Assembly (NCBI GenBank): GCA_963668645.2
Contig: CAXXWC010000021.1
Span: 512,001 to 576,000 of the forward strand
Length of the DNA: 64,000 bases
Reading direction: 5' to 3'
From: Desulfobacterales bacterium
Lineage (GTDB): Bacteria > Desulfobacterota > Desulfobacteria > Desulfobacterales > UBA2174
The translations under genes were made by a program, and so were the position numbers. Positions within the stretch are counted from its first letter, which is position 1; the number at the start of each line of letters is the position of its first letter. This document shows, one piece after another, positions 9,034-18,801 of this stretch. Under the pieces are notes generated by a model. That model saw nothing but the letters and a program-made list of their open reading frames with translations, was not told the origin of the DNA and did not search any database.

Positions 9034-10260
9034 TTAATCGGTCATGACACAATCTGGTTTTTGCCCTTTTCCTATTAGCCATCGGTAGACACCAACGGTC
9101 CGCTGCGCAATAGAATCCCAGGCATACCTTTGCACATAAGTTTTACCACGTTCACCCATTTCTCGACGCTCTTCGTACGTAAGTGACATGGCCTGACGTA
9201 GCGCGTTGACTAAAGAATCAACGCCAATGTCTATCCACCAGCCACAGCGATAGGTTTCGAGATCAGCCCATGGTGCACCTTTGGTGGTGATTACTGGCAA
9301 GCCATGAGCCAAAGCTTCGGCCACAACGACGCCGAAGTTTTCTGAAAAGGTAGGAAGCACGAAAAGATCCGCATTCCTGTATAGCGCCGTCTTTTCCTGG
9401 TCATCGACAGCGCCGACAAATTCAAAGTGCTTAATCAAATCCTTTGCTTGCAACCTTGCCTCAACCTCTGCACGGTGTTTACCTTCGTCGGGTCCGGCGA
9501 TCACCATGCGCCAACCGGCAGGGCGCACAATGCTCCAGGCATCAACAAGCTCCAGGAGGCCTTTTTTAGGATGAATTCGACTGAGAAAAAGGGCTATGCG
9601 GGAATCCGACGAAACATCCTCTGCACTGAGCACAGGTCTAAAAGCTTCTGGCGCCTCACCCATCTCGGGCAACTCGACGCCATTTGGTATCAAGGCGATG
9701 GGTTGGCGAAGTCCCAAACGTCGCAGATTATCTGCCTCCTGGTCGGATGTCGCGTGCAAGACATACGCCGAACGCAGATCTTGTTGCTGGTAGAGCCGCC
9801 ACGCCATGCGTTTTTTCCATACGCGATGATTCAACGCCCAAGGTTCCAACATGCCACGTGGACTGATAATTAGCGGTAATCCGAACTGGCGCGCCACCGA
9901 CGCCGCGACGTGATTGGACGGCAACCAGAGCCCGTGGTCATGGATCAGGAGGGATTTTCGCTTCCCGCAGGGTTCACGAAGCATCGCCCGAAAATTAGGG
10001 TGCCAAAGAAGCTCGATGACAGGCAAGCGGCGGGCAGGCGCCAGCGTTGTCGTCACCCATTCGGCCGGCGGAATCAGGTTCGCCTCATCGACGGAACCCG
10101 TCTCTCCTTGGCTGAGCAGGTCGACTTCCACCCCCAGGCGACCAAGCTCACGGCAGAGCGATGTCACGGTGCGCGTGGGGCCGCCAGCGCTTTTGCGCAG
10201 TGAGGCGATCGTGTGAATTACGCGCAGATTGGACCCTGCCTGTTCACTGCGCTGCAACAT
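9034..10260 (-). CDS. Glycosyltransferase family 4
   Basis: FLSRIHPKKG, SENFGVVVAEALAHGLPVI. Confidence 0.93.
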   Translation of the reverse strand: MLQRSEQAGSNLRVIHTIASLRKSAGGPTRTVTSLCRELGRLGVEVDLLSQGETGSVDEANLIPPAEWVTTTLAPARRLPVIELLWHPNFRAMLREPCGKRKSLLIHDHGLWLPSNHVAASVARQFGLPLIISPRGMLEPWALNHRVWKKRMAWRLYQQQDLRSAYVLHATSDQEADNLRRLGLRQPIALIPNGVELPEMGEAPEAFRPVLSAEDVSSDSRIALFLSRIHPKKGLLELVDAWSIVRPAGWRMVIAGPDEGKHRAEVEARLQAKDLIKHFEFVGAVDDQEKTALYRNADLFVLPTFSENFGVVVAEALAHGLPVITTKGAPWADLETYRCGWWIDIGVDSLVNALRQAMSLTYEERREMGERGKTYVQRYAWDSIAQRTVGVYRWLIGKGQKPDCVMTD

Positions 10261-12163
10261 TGTGATCCAGCCAGGCACCAAACACGCCCAGGGTCCAGGC
10301 CCGCGACCAGGTCGGCCCTACCTTGTCTCCCAGAAAATCCCGCCACACCTGCCGCACAGATCCTGCATCCACAAGACCGGATCCTGAAACCTTATCGATC
10401 AAATGCTCGAAGTGCGGTCGCAGCGGCCCGGCCATCCAGGCCGCTTGTGGTAGGCTGAAACCTCGTTTTGCTAAACCCTGGATCATTGGATTCAGTTGCC
10501 TGGCCATGGCATCCGCGAGAAGAGGTTTGTTCTGTTTGCCGCGCGGGGTCCGCCAAGTCCCCGGCAAGGCAAAAACGAAATCCAGCAAGCCCCGATCCAA
10601 CAGGGGCACACGGATTTCCAGCCCATGCGCCATGCCGAAAACGTCCGCATCCCGAAGCAGCATGTTACCCATGTAGAAGCGGCTCTCCAGCACGCTGATG
10701 GCGCCCTGTGAATCAAGAGCGCCAAGGTTGGCATCAGGTTCGCTCTCTGGGGGCAAAAAGTCCTCATCCAGCCCCAGTGACTCTGCCGAAATCCCGAAAG
10801 CTTCAAGTTCTAGGTCAGAAAACAGCCGGCGGCGACGAAAGTACAGGTGGCGAAGGGTGGGCGATGCTGTGGCCAGTTCCATCGCCTTTTGACGTTGCGC
10901 TTTGGATCGCCCGAAAAAAGCCAGGGCGGCCGCCTTTTGCCGCACCCGGGGTGAAATCGAGGAGAGCCTCGACAACCACCTTGCCAATTGCGGTACTTGC
11001 CGGAAAGACGGATAGCCGCCGAACAGTTCGTCGCCGCCGAGCCCCGATAAGGCGACTTTGATACCCTGCGCCCGAACGGTGCCGGCAATGATGTAAGAAT
11101 TTAATCCGTCGAGGGTCGGCTGATCGACGGCATCCAGGTAGCGCTGTGTCTGCCTGAGCGCCTCGGTCTCATTGATGGCGATCGGATGATGCTCAACACC
11201 GATCAAGCGGGCCGTTTCCGAGGCGATCGGGCCTTCGTCGATGGCCCGGTGCTCGGCGAAACCCACAGTGAAGGTCCGCACATTATCGTAGTGGCCGGCA
11301 GCCAGGGTGGCCAGGATACTGCTGTCGAGCCCGCTGGACAGGAAGATTCCAAGGGGCACGTCGCTCATCAAATGAGAGCGCACCGCCGCAGACAAATTCT
11401 GGCGCAAAGGGGCCAGAGCCTGCTGATAGTCGGTGCCGCTTTGTGTAGCAGGGAACCGCCAATAGGGCTTTCTAGACGACAGCCTGGTGGTACCCGCCGG
11501 CATGCCCAGATCCAACTCCGCCCAGGTGCCGGGCTCCAGAAGAAGCACATCCCTGTACATGGTCAAAGGCTGTTGAACCGCTCCATAAGCCAATAGTCCG
11601 GCTAAGGCACGCTGGTCGATGCGCCGTTCGAACAACCCGCCGGCAGCCAGAGCGCGCAACTCGGAAGCGAACGCAAGTCCCCATGACCCCCGGCAGTAGT
11701 AGAGCGGTTTGATTCCAAGCGGGTCGCGCGCCAGAACCAATCGCTGTTTTTCACGGTCGTAGAGCCCGAGGGCAAACATCCCGTGCAAGCGATCGAAGCA
11801 GTCCGTTCCCCATTTTGCGTAAGCGTACAACACCGCCTCTGTATCGCAGCGGCTGCGAAAGCGCGCCCCTTGCGCCTCCAACTCACCACGCAATCGCGGG
11901 TAATTGTATATTTCGCCATTGAAGACGATCCAATCGCCGGTGTCAGGATTCACCATGGGCTGGTGGCCGGCGGATGATAGATCCAAAATGGAAAGCCGGC
12001 GCTGCCCAAGAGCTAAGGCGCCACCCGGCACTGCTAAACACTCGATCCCCTCGTCGTCCGGTCCACGATGGGCCATCGCTTGAATCATGGACCGCATCGA
12101 TCCAGAAAGACTTTCTTTCTTTCCCTCAAGGCGCTCTCCAAAAATCCCTGCAATGCCGCACAC
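10244..12163 (-). CDS. asnB: Asparagine synthase (glutamine-hydrolysing)-like sugar amidotransferase
   Basis: GTG start giving MCGIAG; HRGPDD, FNGEIYN, LSSGLDSS, LSGLGGDELFGGY. Confidence 0.93.
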   Translation of the reverse strand: MCGIAGIFGERLEGKKESLSGSMRSMIQAMAHRGPDDEGIECLAVPGGALALGQRRLSILDLSSAGHQPMVNPDTGDWIVFNGEIYNYPRLRGELEAQGARFRSRCDTEAVLYAYAKWGTDCFDRLHGMFALGLYDREKQRLVLARDPLGIKPLYYCRGSWGLAFASELRALAAGGLFERRIDQRALAGLLAYGAVQQPLTMYRDVLLLEPGTWAELDLGMPAGTTRLSSRKPYWRFPATQSGTDYQQALAPLRQNLSAAVRSHLMSDVPLGIFLSSGLDSSILATLAAGHYDNVRTFTVGFAEHRAIDEGPIASETARLIGVEHHPIAINETEALRQTQRYLDAVDQPTLDGLNSYIIAGTVRAQGIKVALSGLGGDELFGGYPSFRQVPQLARWLSRLSSISPRVRQKAAALAFFGRSKAQRQKAMELATASPTLRHLYFRRRRLFSDLELEAFGISAESLGLDEDFLPPESEPDANLGALDSQGAISVLESRFYMGNMLLRDADVFGMAHGLEIRVPLLDRGLLDFVFALPGTWRTPRGKQNKPLLADAMARQLNPMIQGLAKRGFSLPQAAWMAGPLRPHFEHLIDKVSGSGLVDAGSVRQVWRDFLGDKVGPTWSRAWTLGVFGAWLDHNVAAQ

Positions 12164-12164
12164 G

Positions 12165-13379
12165 TCAGGATGCTCCGGCGGATAGAGGGCGACATTCCAC
12201 CAAAATCTCCCGGCAAGCGCCGTAAACCGCCTCCACCGGGATGCGCAGCAGGCATTCATTTCGGCGTTCGATACATTCGATCAACTGGCAGCCTGCACAA
12301 TCGATGTCACTGCGCAGCGTCCGATGTCCTGCACCATAGGGGTTCCAGCGTCCTGGTGGCTCACGGGAAGAAAAGATGCCAACACAAAGGGTGCCGGCAG
12401 CCGCAGCAAGGTGCATGGTGCCGGTATCATTTCCAACGTATAAACGACAGTGTTGCAGACCGATTGCCGAAACGCGCACACCAAGGGCACCGGCAGCCAC
12501 GAAGCCGCGGCCCCAAGCTCTGACTAGCTGGTTGCCAAGTGATGCATCTTCAGGCCCGCCAAACACGACCGGCCAGACATCGAAAGTTTCGATTAAATGC
12601 CTGATCAGTGCTTCAAACCGCTCGACAGGCCAGACCTTGGCCGGCATTTTCGAACCAGGTCCGATGCCGACCCAAAGTCGGCCTCCGTCTGGGGCTTGGG
12701 TGCTGCGCCACTGTTCAAAGGCTTCAAATTCGGTGGGCTGGAGGTTCAAATCGATGTTCCCACAACCTGGCGGCGGCACCGGAATTCCGGCAGCGGCGAT
12801 CCGGCCCAGCAGCTCATCGGCTCGATTTCGAACGGTCGCAATGGCCAGGCCGCGCGAAGTCGGGCGCTCCTCCAGACCCTCCATTCCGATAAAGTGCCTA
12901 ATCCCCGCCATGCGAAAGAACCATCGATAGCGTGCGATCCGCGGATCTTGCCGATACACTTCCGGAAAGTAGGCTAGGGTATCGAATCCTTTACGACGCA
13001 GGACAGAAAGCAAAGACAATCTGCTCGCAAAATTTTTCAGGCGGTACAAGGTACCGTGATGAACTGTGTAACTAAGGGTGCGATCGATCAAGCCCGAACC
13101 TGCAAGGACTTCTTTTGCCAAAACATAGCCAGAACCGGCCTGGACATCGCCCAACATTACCAATTCAGCGTGAGAAAAGTGTTCACGCAAGACGCGCACC
13201 GATGGCACCACCAGCAAGGTGTCGCCTAAAGACCCGGTGCTAAAAATCAGGAGGTGACGGGGTGTCTGGGAACTCTTATCTCGGCTCGTGTTGGTCCTAT
13301 TCATCGACCGGCTGCAATAACCCACTGTGTTCAAGCGGGTCTGTCTCGGTGATGAATTCATAGCATTAAATACCTTCAC
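12165..13379 (-). CDS. Glycosyltransferase family 9 (heptosyltransferase-like); true start probably downstream
   Basis: GSLGDTL, GPGSKMPAKVWP, VGNDTGTMHLAAA. Confidence 0.9.
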   Translation of the reverse strand: MKVFNAMNSSPRQTRLNTVGYCSRSMNRTNTSRDKSSQTPRHLLIFSTGSLGDTLLVVPSVRVLREHFSHAELVMLGDVQAGSGYVLAKEVLAGSGLIDRTLSYTVHHGTLYRLKNFASRLSLLSVLRRKGFDTLAYFPEVYRQDPRIARYRWFFRMAGIRHFIGMEGLEERPTSRGLAIATVRNRADELLGRIAAAGIPVPPPGCGNIDLNLQPTEFEAFEQWRSTQAPDGGRLWVGIGPGSKMPAKVWPVERFEALIRHLIETFDVWPVVFGGPEDASLGNQLVRAWGRGFVAAGALGVRVSAIGLQHCRLYVGNDTGTMHLAAAAGTLCVGIFSSREPPGRWNPYGAGHRTLRSDIDCAGCQLIECIERRNECLLRIPVEAVYGACREILVECRPLSAGAS

Positions 13380-13525
13380 GCGCGGTCATTTCCTTTGAGA
13401 TAATGGAATGTCATGACTATCCAGATTGAGGATAAATGCCTGAGGTGATAGTTCGAGAACGGGTACTATCACTGGCATGAAAACATCAACTCTACTCCCC
13501 ATTTGAGACAAGTCTGTCGATCGAA

Positions 13526-15004
13526 TCAGCTTGGACGATCTTCAAGCCATTGCCTTTCTGGATCAGGGCGACGATAACCATTCCGTTTTTGGGGTAATCT
13601 TCCGGCAACGGCCTTTGCAATCCAGTAAACAGGATAGAGATAAGCAAGCGTAAGGACGGGAGCCACAAATACCGCTACGGGCCAGCTTTCGTTGAATTTC
13701 AGCGCATAGGGTATCAACGTGTAAGAAAACAAGCTGATAAAGAGCGTACCACCCATCATTGCAGACAAGCGCTGTGTGCCGACGATAAAAATCCCAGAGG
13801 CTATGGATCCGAGAACCAGGGCTAACCAGCCTCCACCCAAATAAAAAGATGGAAACAGACCAGACCCGACCGAGGTATCACCAGTATCGATTTTTGGCCC
13901 GAAAATCATTTTCCCATACTCCCATCCGGTCCGGTATACCGGCTTTTCAGGCCAAAATATTCTTGGGATCAATACAGTAAAGATAGGCGAAAACATCATC
14001 TCTGGTTCGAGTTGTTTTTCGTCGGCCCAAACGATAGCCCAGGGTTGAAAGGCACTTGCGTTTGCACGAGAGGCGAACTGCCTGAAAGCGCCCTTTCTGT
14101 TAACTCGATCTTCAGCGGCAGACAGGGCATCAATATAGCCCGGAATTGCGCTGGCAAGTGAAAATTCGCGCCCCTGATCCCAATAACTAAAACGAACGAA
14201 GTTCGAAAAGGTGGTAACGAAGAAAATGAGAACAAGAACACCGGCCATTACTGTCATCCTGTGACCGATCCCGCGCATCATTGGCAATGCTACTAATAGA
14301 ATCGGCAACAATGCCACAATCATCCCCTCTTTCATTCCACTAAGGGATAGTACAAAAACTGGTAGTGTAAGAACGACGGCATCCTTGAGTTTGGCTGCGC
14401 CTGTTTTACGCTGAATAGCCAAGAAAAAGACGCAAGCCGCCGCCAGATAATTCATTGTAACCCCAAACATGCGAATAAACTCCAAACCTTGCCCGAACAA
14501 ACGCATTAAGATAACAATCGCTATTGAAATTATATAGTTGACAACAAGTATCGCCCTGGTTTTTTGAGATCTTAGAGATTCGATCGGGGGAATAAAATAA
14601 AGAAATCCACCGGTGGATATCCAGGTAATGACGACTAGAAAAGTGCCAAGAACCGTAACAAGCTCAGCCTTTAAAAAAGCTGCTTCTGGATGTGCTGTAA
14701 AGATAGGCCACTTCCAAAGCGCATCGCCCTGTAAATACCAGTCTATGACAGAGAAAACCCTCGTAAGTACAAATACAATCAACACGCAAGCCGCGAAACT
14801 GAGATAGCGTGTAGTTCGCTCGGGCCAAGCGAATCGGAGCCAAAATACCATTCCGGATAGCCCGGATCCGATTAAAAGCACATAAACCCAAAGTATAGAA
14901 GTATCTTCACGTAACAAAAACGCTAAAATAAGCGTTACGCTAAAAAGCACTGTCGCCCTTCCTGTTGTGCCCAGCAAACTTCGCTTCAAAGCAATATGTT
15001 TCAT
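13526..15004 (-). CDS. wzy: Multi-pass membrane protein, probable Wzy polymerase
   Basis: About 10-12 hydrophobic segments with a large loop containing IPRIFWPEKP; located in a Wzx-containing cluster. Confidence 0.7.
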   Translation of the reverse strand: MKHIALKRSLLGTTGRATVLFSVTLILAFLLREDTSILWVYVLLIGSGLSGMVFWLRFAWPERTTRYLSFAACVLIVFVLTRVFSVIDWYLQGDALWKWPIFTAHPEAAFLKAELVTVLGTFLVVITWISTGGFLYFIPPIESLRSQKTRAILVVNYIISIAIVILMRLFGQGLEFIRMFGVTMNYLAAACVFFLAIQRKTGAAKLKDAVVLTLPVFVLSLSGMKEGMIVALLPILLVALPMMRGIGHRMTVMAGVLVLIFFVTTFSNFVRFSYWDQGREFSLASAIPGYIDALSAAEDRVNRKGAFRQFASRANASAFQPWAIVWADEKQLEPEMMFSPIFTVLIPRIFWPEKPVYRTGWEYGKMIFGPKIDTGDTSVGSGLFPSFYLGGGWLALVLGSIASGIFIVGTQRLSAMMGGTLFISLFSYTLIPYALKFNESWPVAVFVAPVLTLAYLYPVYWIAKAVAGRLPQKRNGYRRPDPERQWLEDRPS

Positions 15005-16260
15005 TCTCTGGTATCTACCCCATTAACAAGTTGGACCTGCAAATCACTCTCTATTGGATTAGCAATAGTATTACCGTATAATCGACACGCCCGCTCATAG
15101 GCAATCAATTTTGCCTGTAGATCTATGCTCATTGGCTGCCAACGACCACGCCTCCCACTCAGTCGATTTATTACTGCTACACGTAGTGATCGATATCGAC
15201 GGACTTCAGGCTCAATAAGCGACCAATAGCGAGACGGAAACCTCAGGCGCCTGTCAGCGCCAAGCCAAGATGCATACCATTGTTCAGCGCACTTGAACAG
15301 ATCTCGCAGGGCAACCGCGTCGAGCCATCGATCGCCACTCGTGAGGCCCCAAATCAGACTCCTCAAACGCTCTTGGTCGATCTCCGATGAGTTCAATTCG
15401 TCGAGTAACGCCCAATAATGCTCCCGAGGTGCCACCATCCAGTCGAATGAGTTGTTGGCTGGGGCCCAAATCATGTCGGGGATGTCGCGGAGGATGAGGA
15501 TTTCGCATCCCGCCATACTCGCCAACCATAGCTGCGTACCATGGTCGACCATGATGGCATAGTGCCGCCGCCGACTGAGCCAAAAGAAACGATGCAGAAA
15601 GGCAGGGTCATGACGATTGCCGGCCGTCACAACATTAAATCCATGACTCTGAAAGGTGGCTATCATCGACTCGGAAACGTCGTTTGAATGGAGGCAGACA
15701 TCGATCGGTGCATAGTCCGCCGGAAGGGCTTGGAGACGCTTGATAGTTAGACCGAGCGGTATGCGCGGTTGCGGCTGTCCTAACGTGTGTGGCAGAAAAA
15801 AGACACTTCCCTCCGGCTTCAATTTTGCTGCTGCCGTTTCATGGTGCCGAACGATGTAATGAAAAGGATGCGGGGCCACGAGGACATGTTTCCATCCTCC
15901 GAGGACCCGTTCAAGGTTTGCCCGGTCGGGCTCGTTATGCACAAAAATCGCCGGCACGGAGCGAAAACCGGCCTCGCTGGTTTTGTACCAGTGGTCGGCC
16001 ATCCCGATAAACATTGCGTGCAACGTATTGATATGCGGGCGATACCCTGTGGGCAAACCGGCCGCCTCCACGTAGATGTCCATCAAGCCGTAACCGGTGT
16101 CCGAGCGCCAGTCGCGCTTGGGCGGCGGACGCCGTACGAGGTCTAGGATATTCACCCACTCTTCGCAACATTGCGCCAGGCTGATTGACGTGCGTAAAAG
16201 GGGGCCAGAGATTGCTGTCCCTGAGCTTTGTATAGTTGAATCGGTCATACCTTGAATCAT
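15001..16260 (-). CDS. Hypothetical protein, possible unclassified glycosyltransferase
   Basis: Long soluble ORF with 4-bp ATGA overlaps on both sides; FFLPHT..VCLH..GFNVVTAG..DPAFL segment. Confidence 0.65.
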   Translation of the reverse strand: MIQGMTDSTIQSSGTAISGPLLRTSISLAQCCEEWVNILDLVRRPPPKRDWRSDTGYGLMDIYVEAAGLPTGYRPHINTLHAMFIGMADHWYKTSEAGFRSVPAIFVHNEPDRANLERVLGGWKHVLVAPHPFHYIVRHHETAAAKLKPEGSVFFLPHTLGQPQPRIPLGLTIKRLQALPADYAPIDVCLHSNDVSESMIATFQSHGFNVVTAGNRHDPAFLHRFFWLSRRRHYAIMVDHGTQLWLASMAGCEILILRDIPDMIWAPANNSFDWMVAPREHYWALLDELNSSEIDQERLRSLIWGLTSGDRWLDAVALRDLFKCAEQWYASWLGADRRLRFPSRYWSLIEPEVRRYRSLRVAVINRLSGRRGRWQPMSIDLQAKLIAYERACRLYGNTIANPIESDLQVQLVNGVDTRE

Positions 16261-17435
16261 TTTACCGCGGCCTTGATCCCTTGCAGGCACTCTGCGAAAC
16301 TCCAATGTTCCATCCGTGCTCGACAGTTTTGCCCAATAGTCACGCGCAATGCAGGATCTCGCACTAGCTTTCGCAATGCTTCCGCCAGCGCCGCGACATT
16401 GCCCGGTTTATGGATAAAGCCTGTCTTACCTTCTACGATAAGATCCGCCACGCACCCAACCTCGTCACCAACCACCACGGGAAGACCCGCACACATTGCC
16501 TCGTTGACTATCAGCCCCCAAGCCTCATTCTCCGCTGGTAGTACGAATATGTCACAGGCAGCAAGAATTCTTGGCAGATCTTTTTGGTTGATAAAACCAG
16601 GGAAAATGACATCGCTTAACCTTAAAGACTTGGCAAGCCGATGCAATTGGCTTTCCATCATACCGTTCCCAACCATCATGACTGCGCACTCCAACCCCTC
16701 ATGATGCAACAGGGCTGCAGCCCTAAGGAGGTCGTCCGGGTGCTTTAACGGATCTAACTTAGATGCATAAAGGATCACCACCTGATCCCTCTTTAGCCCA
16801 AAATTTGAACGAATGGCGGCACGCTCCTCTTGAGTAATTTTCGAGCTTTTAATAAAACGCTTATTATCGACCGTGTAGGGAACTTTAAATATCTTTTCTT
16901 CCGGGACAAACATTCTGCGATAAAATTCATGGTTTGCCGTTCCAATTGCCAAACATCGGTCGCAAATTTTATACAACAAACATAGCACCAGTCTGCGAAT
17001 ATTCCGCTTCAAGAAACTCCGCTTTAAGCATAAATGCGTGTCACACCGCATCATTACCTTAATCCCCTTGGACTTCGCCGCAACCAATGCAATCAAATTA
17101 ACTGCGTAGCCGTGACCATGCAGCAACACGGCATCGTATTTGCTCGATCTGATCTCACGCCACACCTCGGGGCAGACCAACGACCAAAAACCGGCTGGCA
17201 CCCGCTTCTTTGCGGCCTCGCCCAAAAACTTCGAGCGATAGCCTGAGAGCAGATCCACATCCCAGGTGACAGGCTGCTTGAAACCAGGATCCAGCCCACC
17301 TCGAAGACTGAAATCGGAGCAGTACAGTGCCGTAATGTCCAGGCTATCGGATGCATTCAGATAGGCGTAAAGGGGTGCGAAATATTGAATCGGATGCGAA
17401 TTGAGGGCTGCGATTCGTGTCTTGTGCTGTTGCAT
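16257..17435 (-). CDS. Glycosyltransferase family 4
   Basis: HPIQY, YASKLDPLK, EAWGLIVNEAMCAGLP. Confidence 0.93.
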   Translation of the reverse strand: MQQHKTRIAALNSHPIQYFAPLYAYLNASDSLDITALYCSDFSLRGGLDPGFKQPVTWDVDLLSGYRSKFLGEAAKKRVPAGFWSLVCPEVWREIRSSKYDAVLLHGHGYAVNLIALVAAKSKGIKVMMRCDTHLCLKRSFLKRNIRRLVLCLLYKICDRCLAIGTANHEFYRRMFVPEEKIFKVPYTVDNKRFIKSSKITQEERAAIRSNFGLKRDQVVILYASKLDPLKHPDDLLRAAALLHHEGLECAVMMVGNGMMESQLHRLAKSLRLSDVIFPGFINQKDLPRILAACDIFVLPAENEAWGLIVNEAMCAGLPVVVGDEVGCVADLIVEGKTGFIHKPGNVAALAEALRKLVRDPALRVTIGQNCRARMEHWSFAECLQGIKAAVK

Positions 17436-17447
17436 CTACGGATTTCT

Positions 17448-18563
17448 CTAATTTTCTCGTTTTGTCGGAAACGATTTCATCGCCACAGCAAGACGTGATG
17501 CATTGTCATAGCCTGAGCGCAGACATCGTTCTCGTCCCTCTTGCGCAATGAGGCATCGTTCCTCGGGATGCCTCAAATACCAGCAACATTTCTCATGGAG
17601 TTCATCCAGGGTTTCAAAAAACTCTGCCTCTCGGCCCTCTTCGAACATCTCCAAATGCTCTTTAGTCCGCTCCCCGAGCATGAATCCACCAGAGGCTGGG
17701 ATCTCGACGCTACGGGTCGTTTGTTGGTCGCGATTGAGTTTGCGCAGAAAAGCCAGATTAATCTTGAACGCATTGCAGGCCTTGGCAAAATCATCTCCAT
17801 ACAGCGGCTCGTATTCCAGTCTCAAATTAGGGTGATGCAATTTCATCTTTTCCCAGGCCCCACCCCATACCCGGACCTTCATCCCCCTACGCGCCAACTC
17901 GCACATCCAATTGGCACGCTCCGGCTCGTAAGTCCCTATGAAGCCGATATCTCCGCCCAACCGTTGTACGTCGTCTTCGGAAACAGACCAAGGTTTGAAA
18001 GTTTCCGGATCGTATCCGTTGCCGATGAAGATGACCCTATGGCATCCCAGCGCCTTCAGTTCATCAACGTTGTAAGTCTTGGTTGTTATAAAAGTATCGT
18101 ATTCGGGAAGCGCATTGAGAAATGCCTGTGATTGGTTATGACGACCGTACATATCGTCCGGCGAGAAGCCAAGTATCATCGCCGATGGACAATGCTTGCG
18201 GACCTGTCGAAGCGTTTTGGCTCCCATCGTCATCGCACCTTCGAGCCATATGAAATCCCAATGCTCCCGCGCGACCTCAGCAAGCAGGCGCTCATTGTCC
18301 CGAGTCAGATCGATCAAGGGTATAGGAAGACCTGCCCGAAAAAGACGATTGCGAAACCGGTTTTCCAATACCTTTAGACGCGAAATACCAGTCTCATGCG
18401 CCGAATCGATTACCTGCACCTGAAAGCCTAAAGAGCGCAATGCTCGGATTCGGTGGATGCTCGTGTTATGGCCCCCGTAACTGCTGACTGGGCTAAGAGC
18501 CAAAAGCTTAATGCCATGCCAAGCTGCAAGTGGATGGCGATCTATCATCGGTATCCGTTTCAA
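17448..18563 (-). CDS. Glycosyltransferase (CgeB / Glyco_trans_1_2-like)
   Basis: IGFIGTYE, KINLAFLRKLNRD, TRSVEIPASGGFML. Confidence 0.85.
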   Translation of the reverse strand: MKRIPMIDRHPLAAWHGIKLLALSPVSSYGGHNTSIHRIRALRSLGFQVQVIDSAHETGISRLKVLENRFRNRLFRAGLPIPLIDLTRDNERLLAEVAREHWDFIWLEGAMTMGAKTLRQVRKHCPSAMILGFSPDDMYGRHNQSQAFLNALPEYDTFITTKTYNVDELKALGCHRVIFIGNGYDPETFKPWSVSEDDVQRLGGDIGFIGTYEPERANWMCELARRGMKVRVWGGAWEKMKLHHPNLRLEYEPLYGDDFAKACNAFKINLAFLRKLNRDQQTTRSVEIPASGGFMLGERTKEHLEMFEEGREAEFFETLDELHEKCCWYLRHPEERCLIAQEGRERCLRSGYDNASRLAVAMKSFPTKREN

Positions 18564-18801
18564 ATTATTTAGCGCCCGTTGCAGACAGACTACCCAATTG
18601 CTGCTTGTAAAACGACCGTGGTACCATGGCCTGCCAAGTTGTAACGTATTTCAACAATCCGGCATATTTCACCGAGGTGAACAGGCTCAGTACCGGAGCA
18701 CTAAGGCACTGAACCAAACGGTTTTTGGTTGTAAATCTCGCCATTGAAGACAGTGGCATAGCTTCCTTCCGCTGACCACAGCGGCTAGATACTTTCCAGC
18801 C

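Noticed and set aside
13386..13502. Short frame MGSRVDVFMP resembling the phosphatidylserine decarboxylase motif
   Set aside because: 38 codons with no other similarity; likely chance.
18565..18759. 64-aa ORF between neuC and a glycosyltransferase
   Set aside because: No recognisable motif; could be a gene remnant but cannot be supported.
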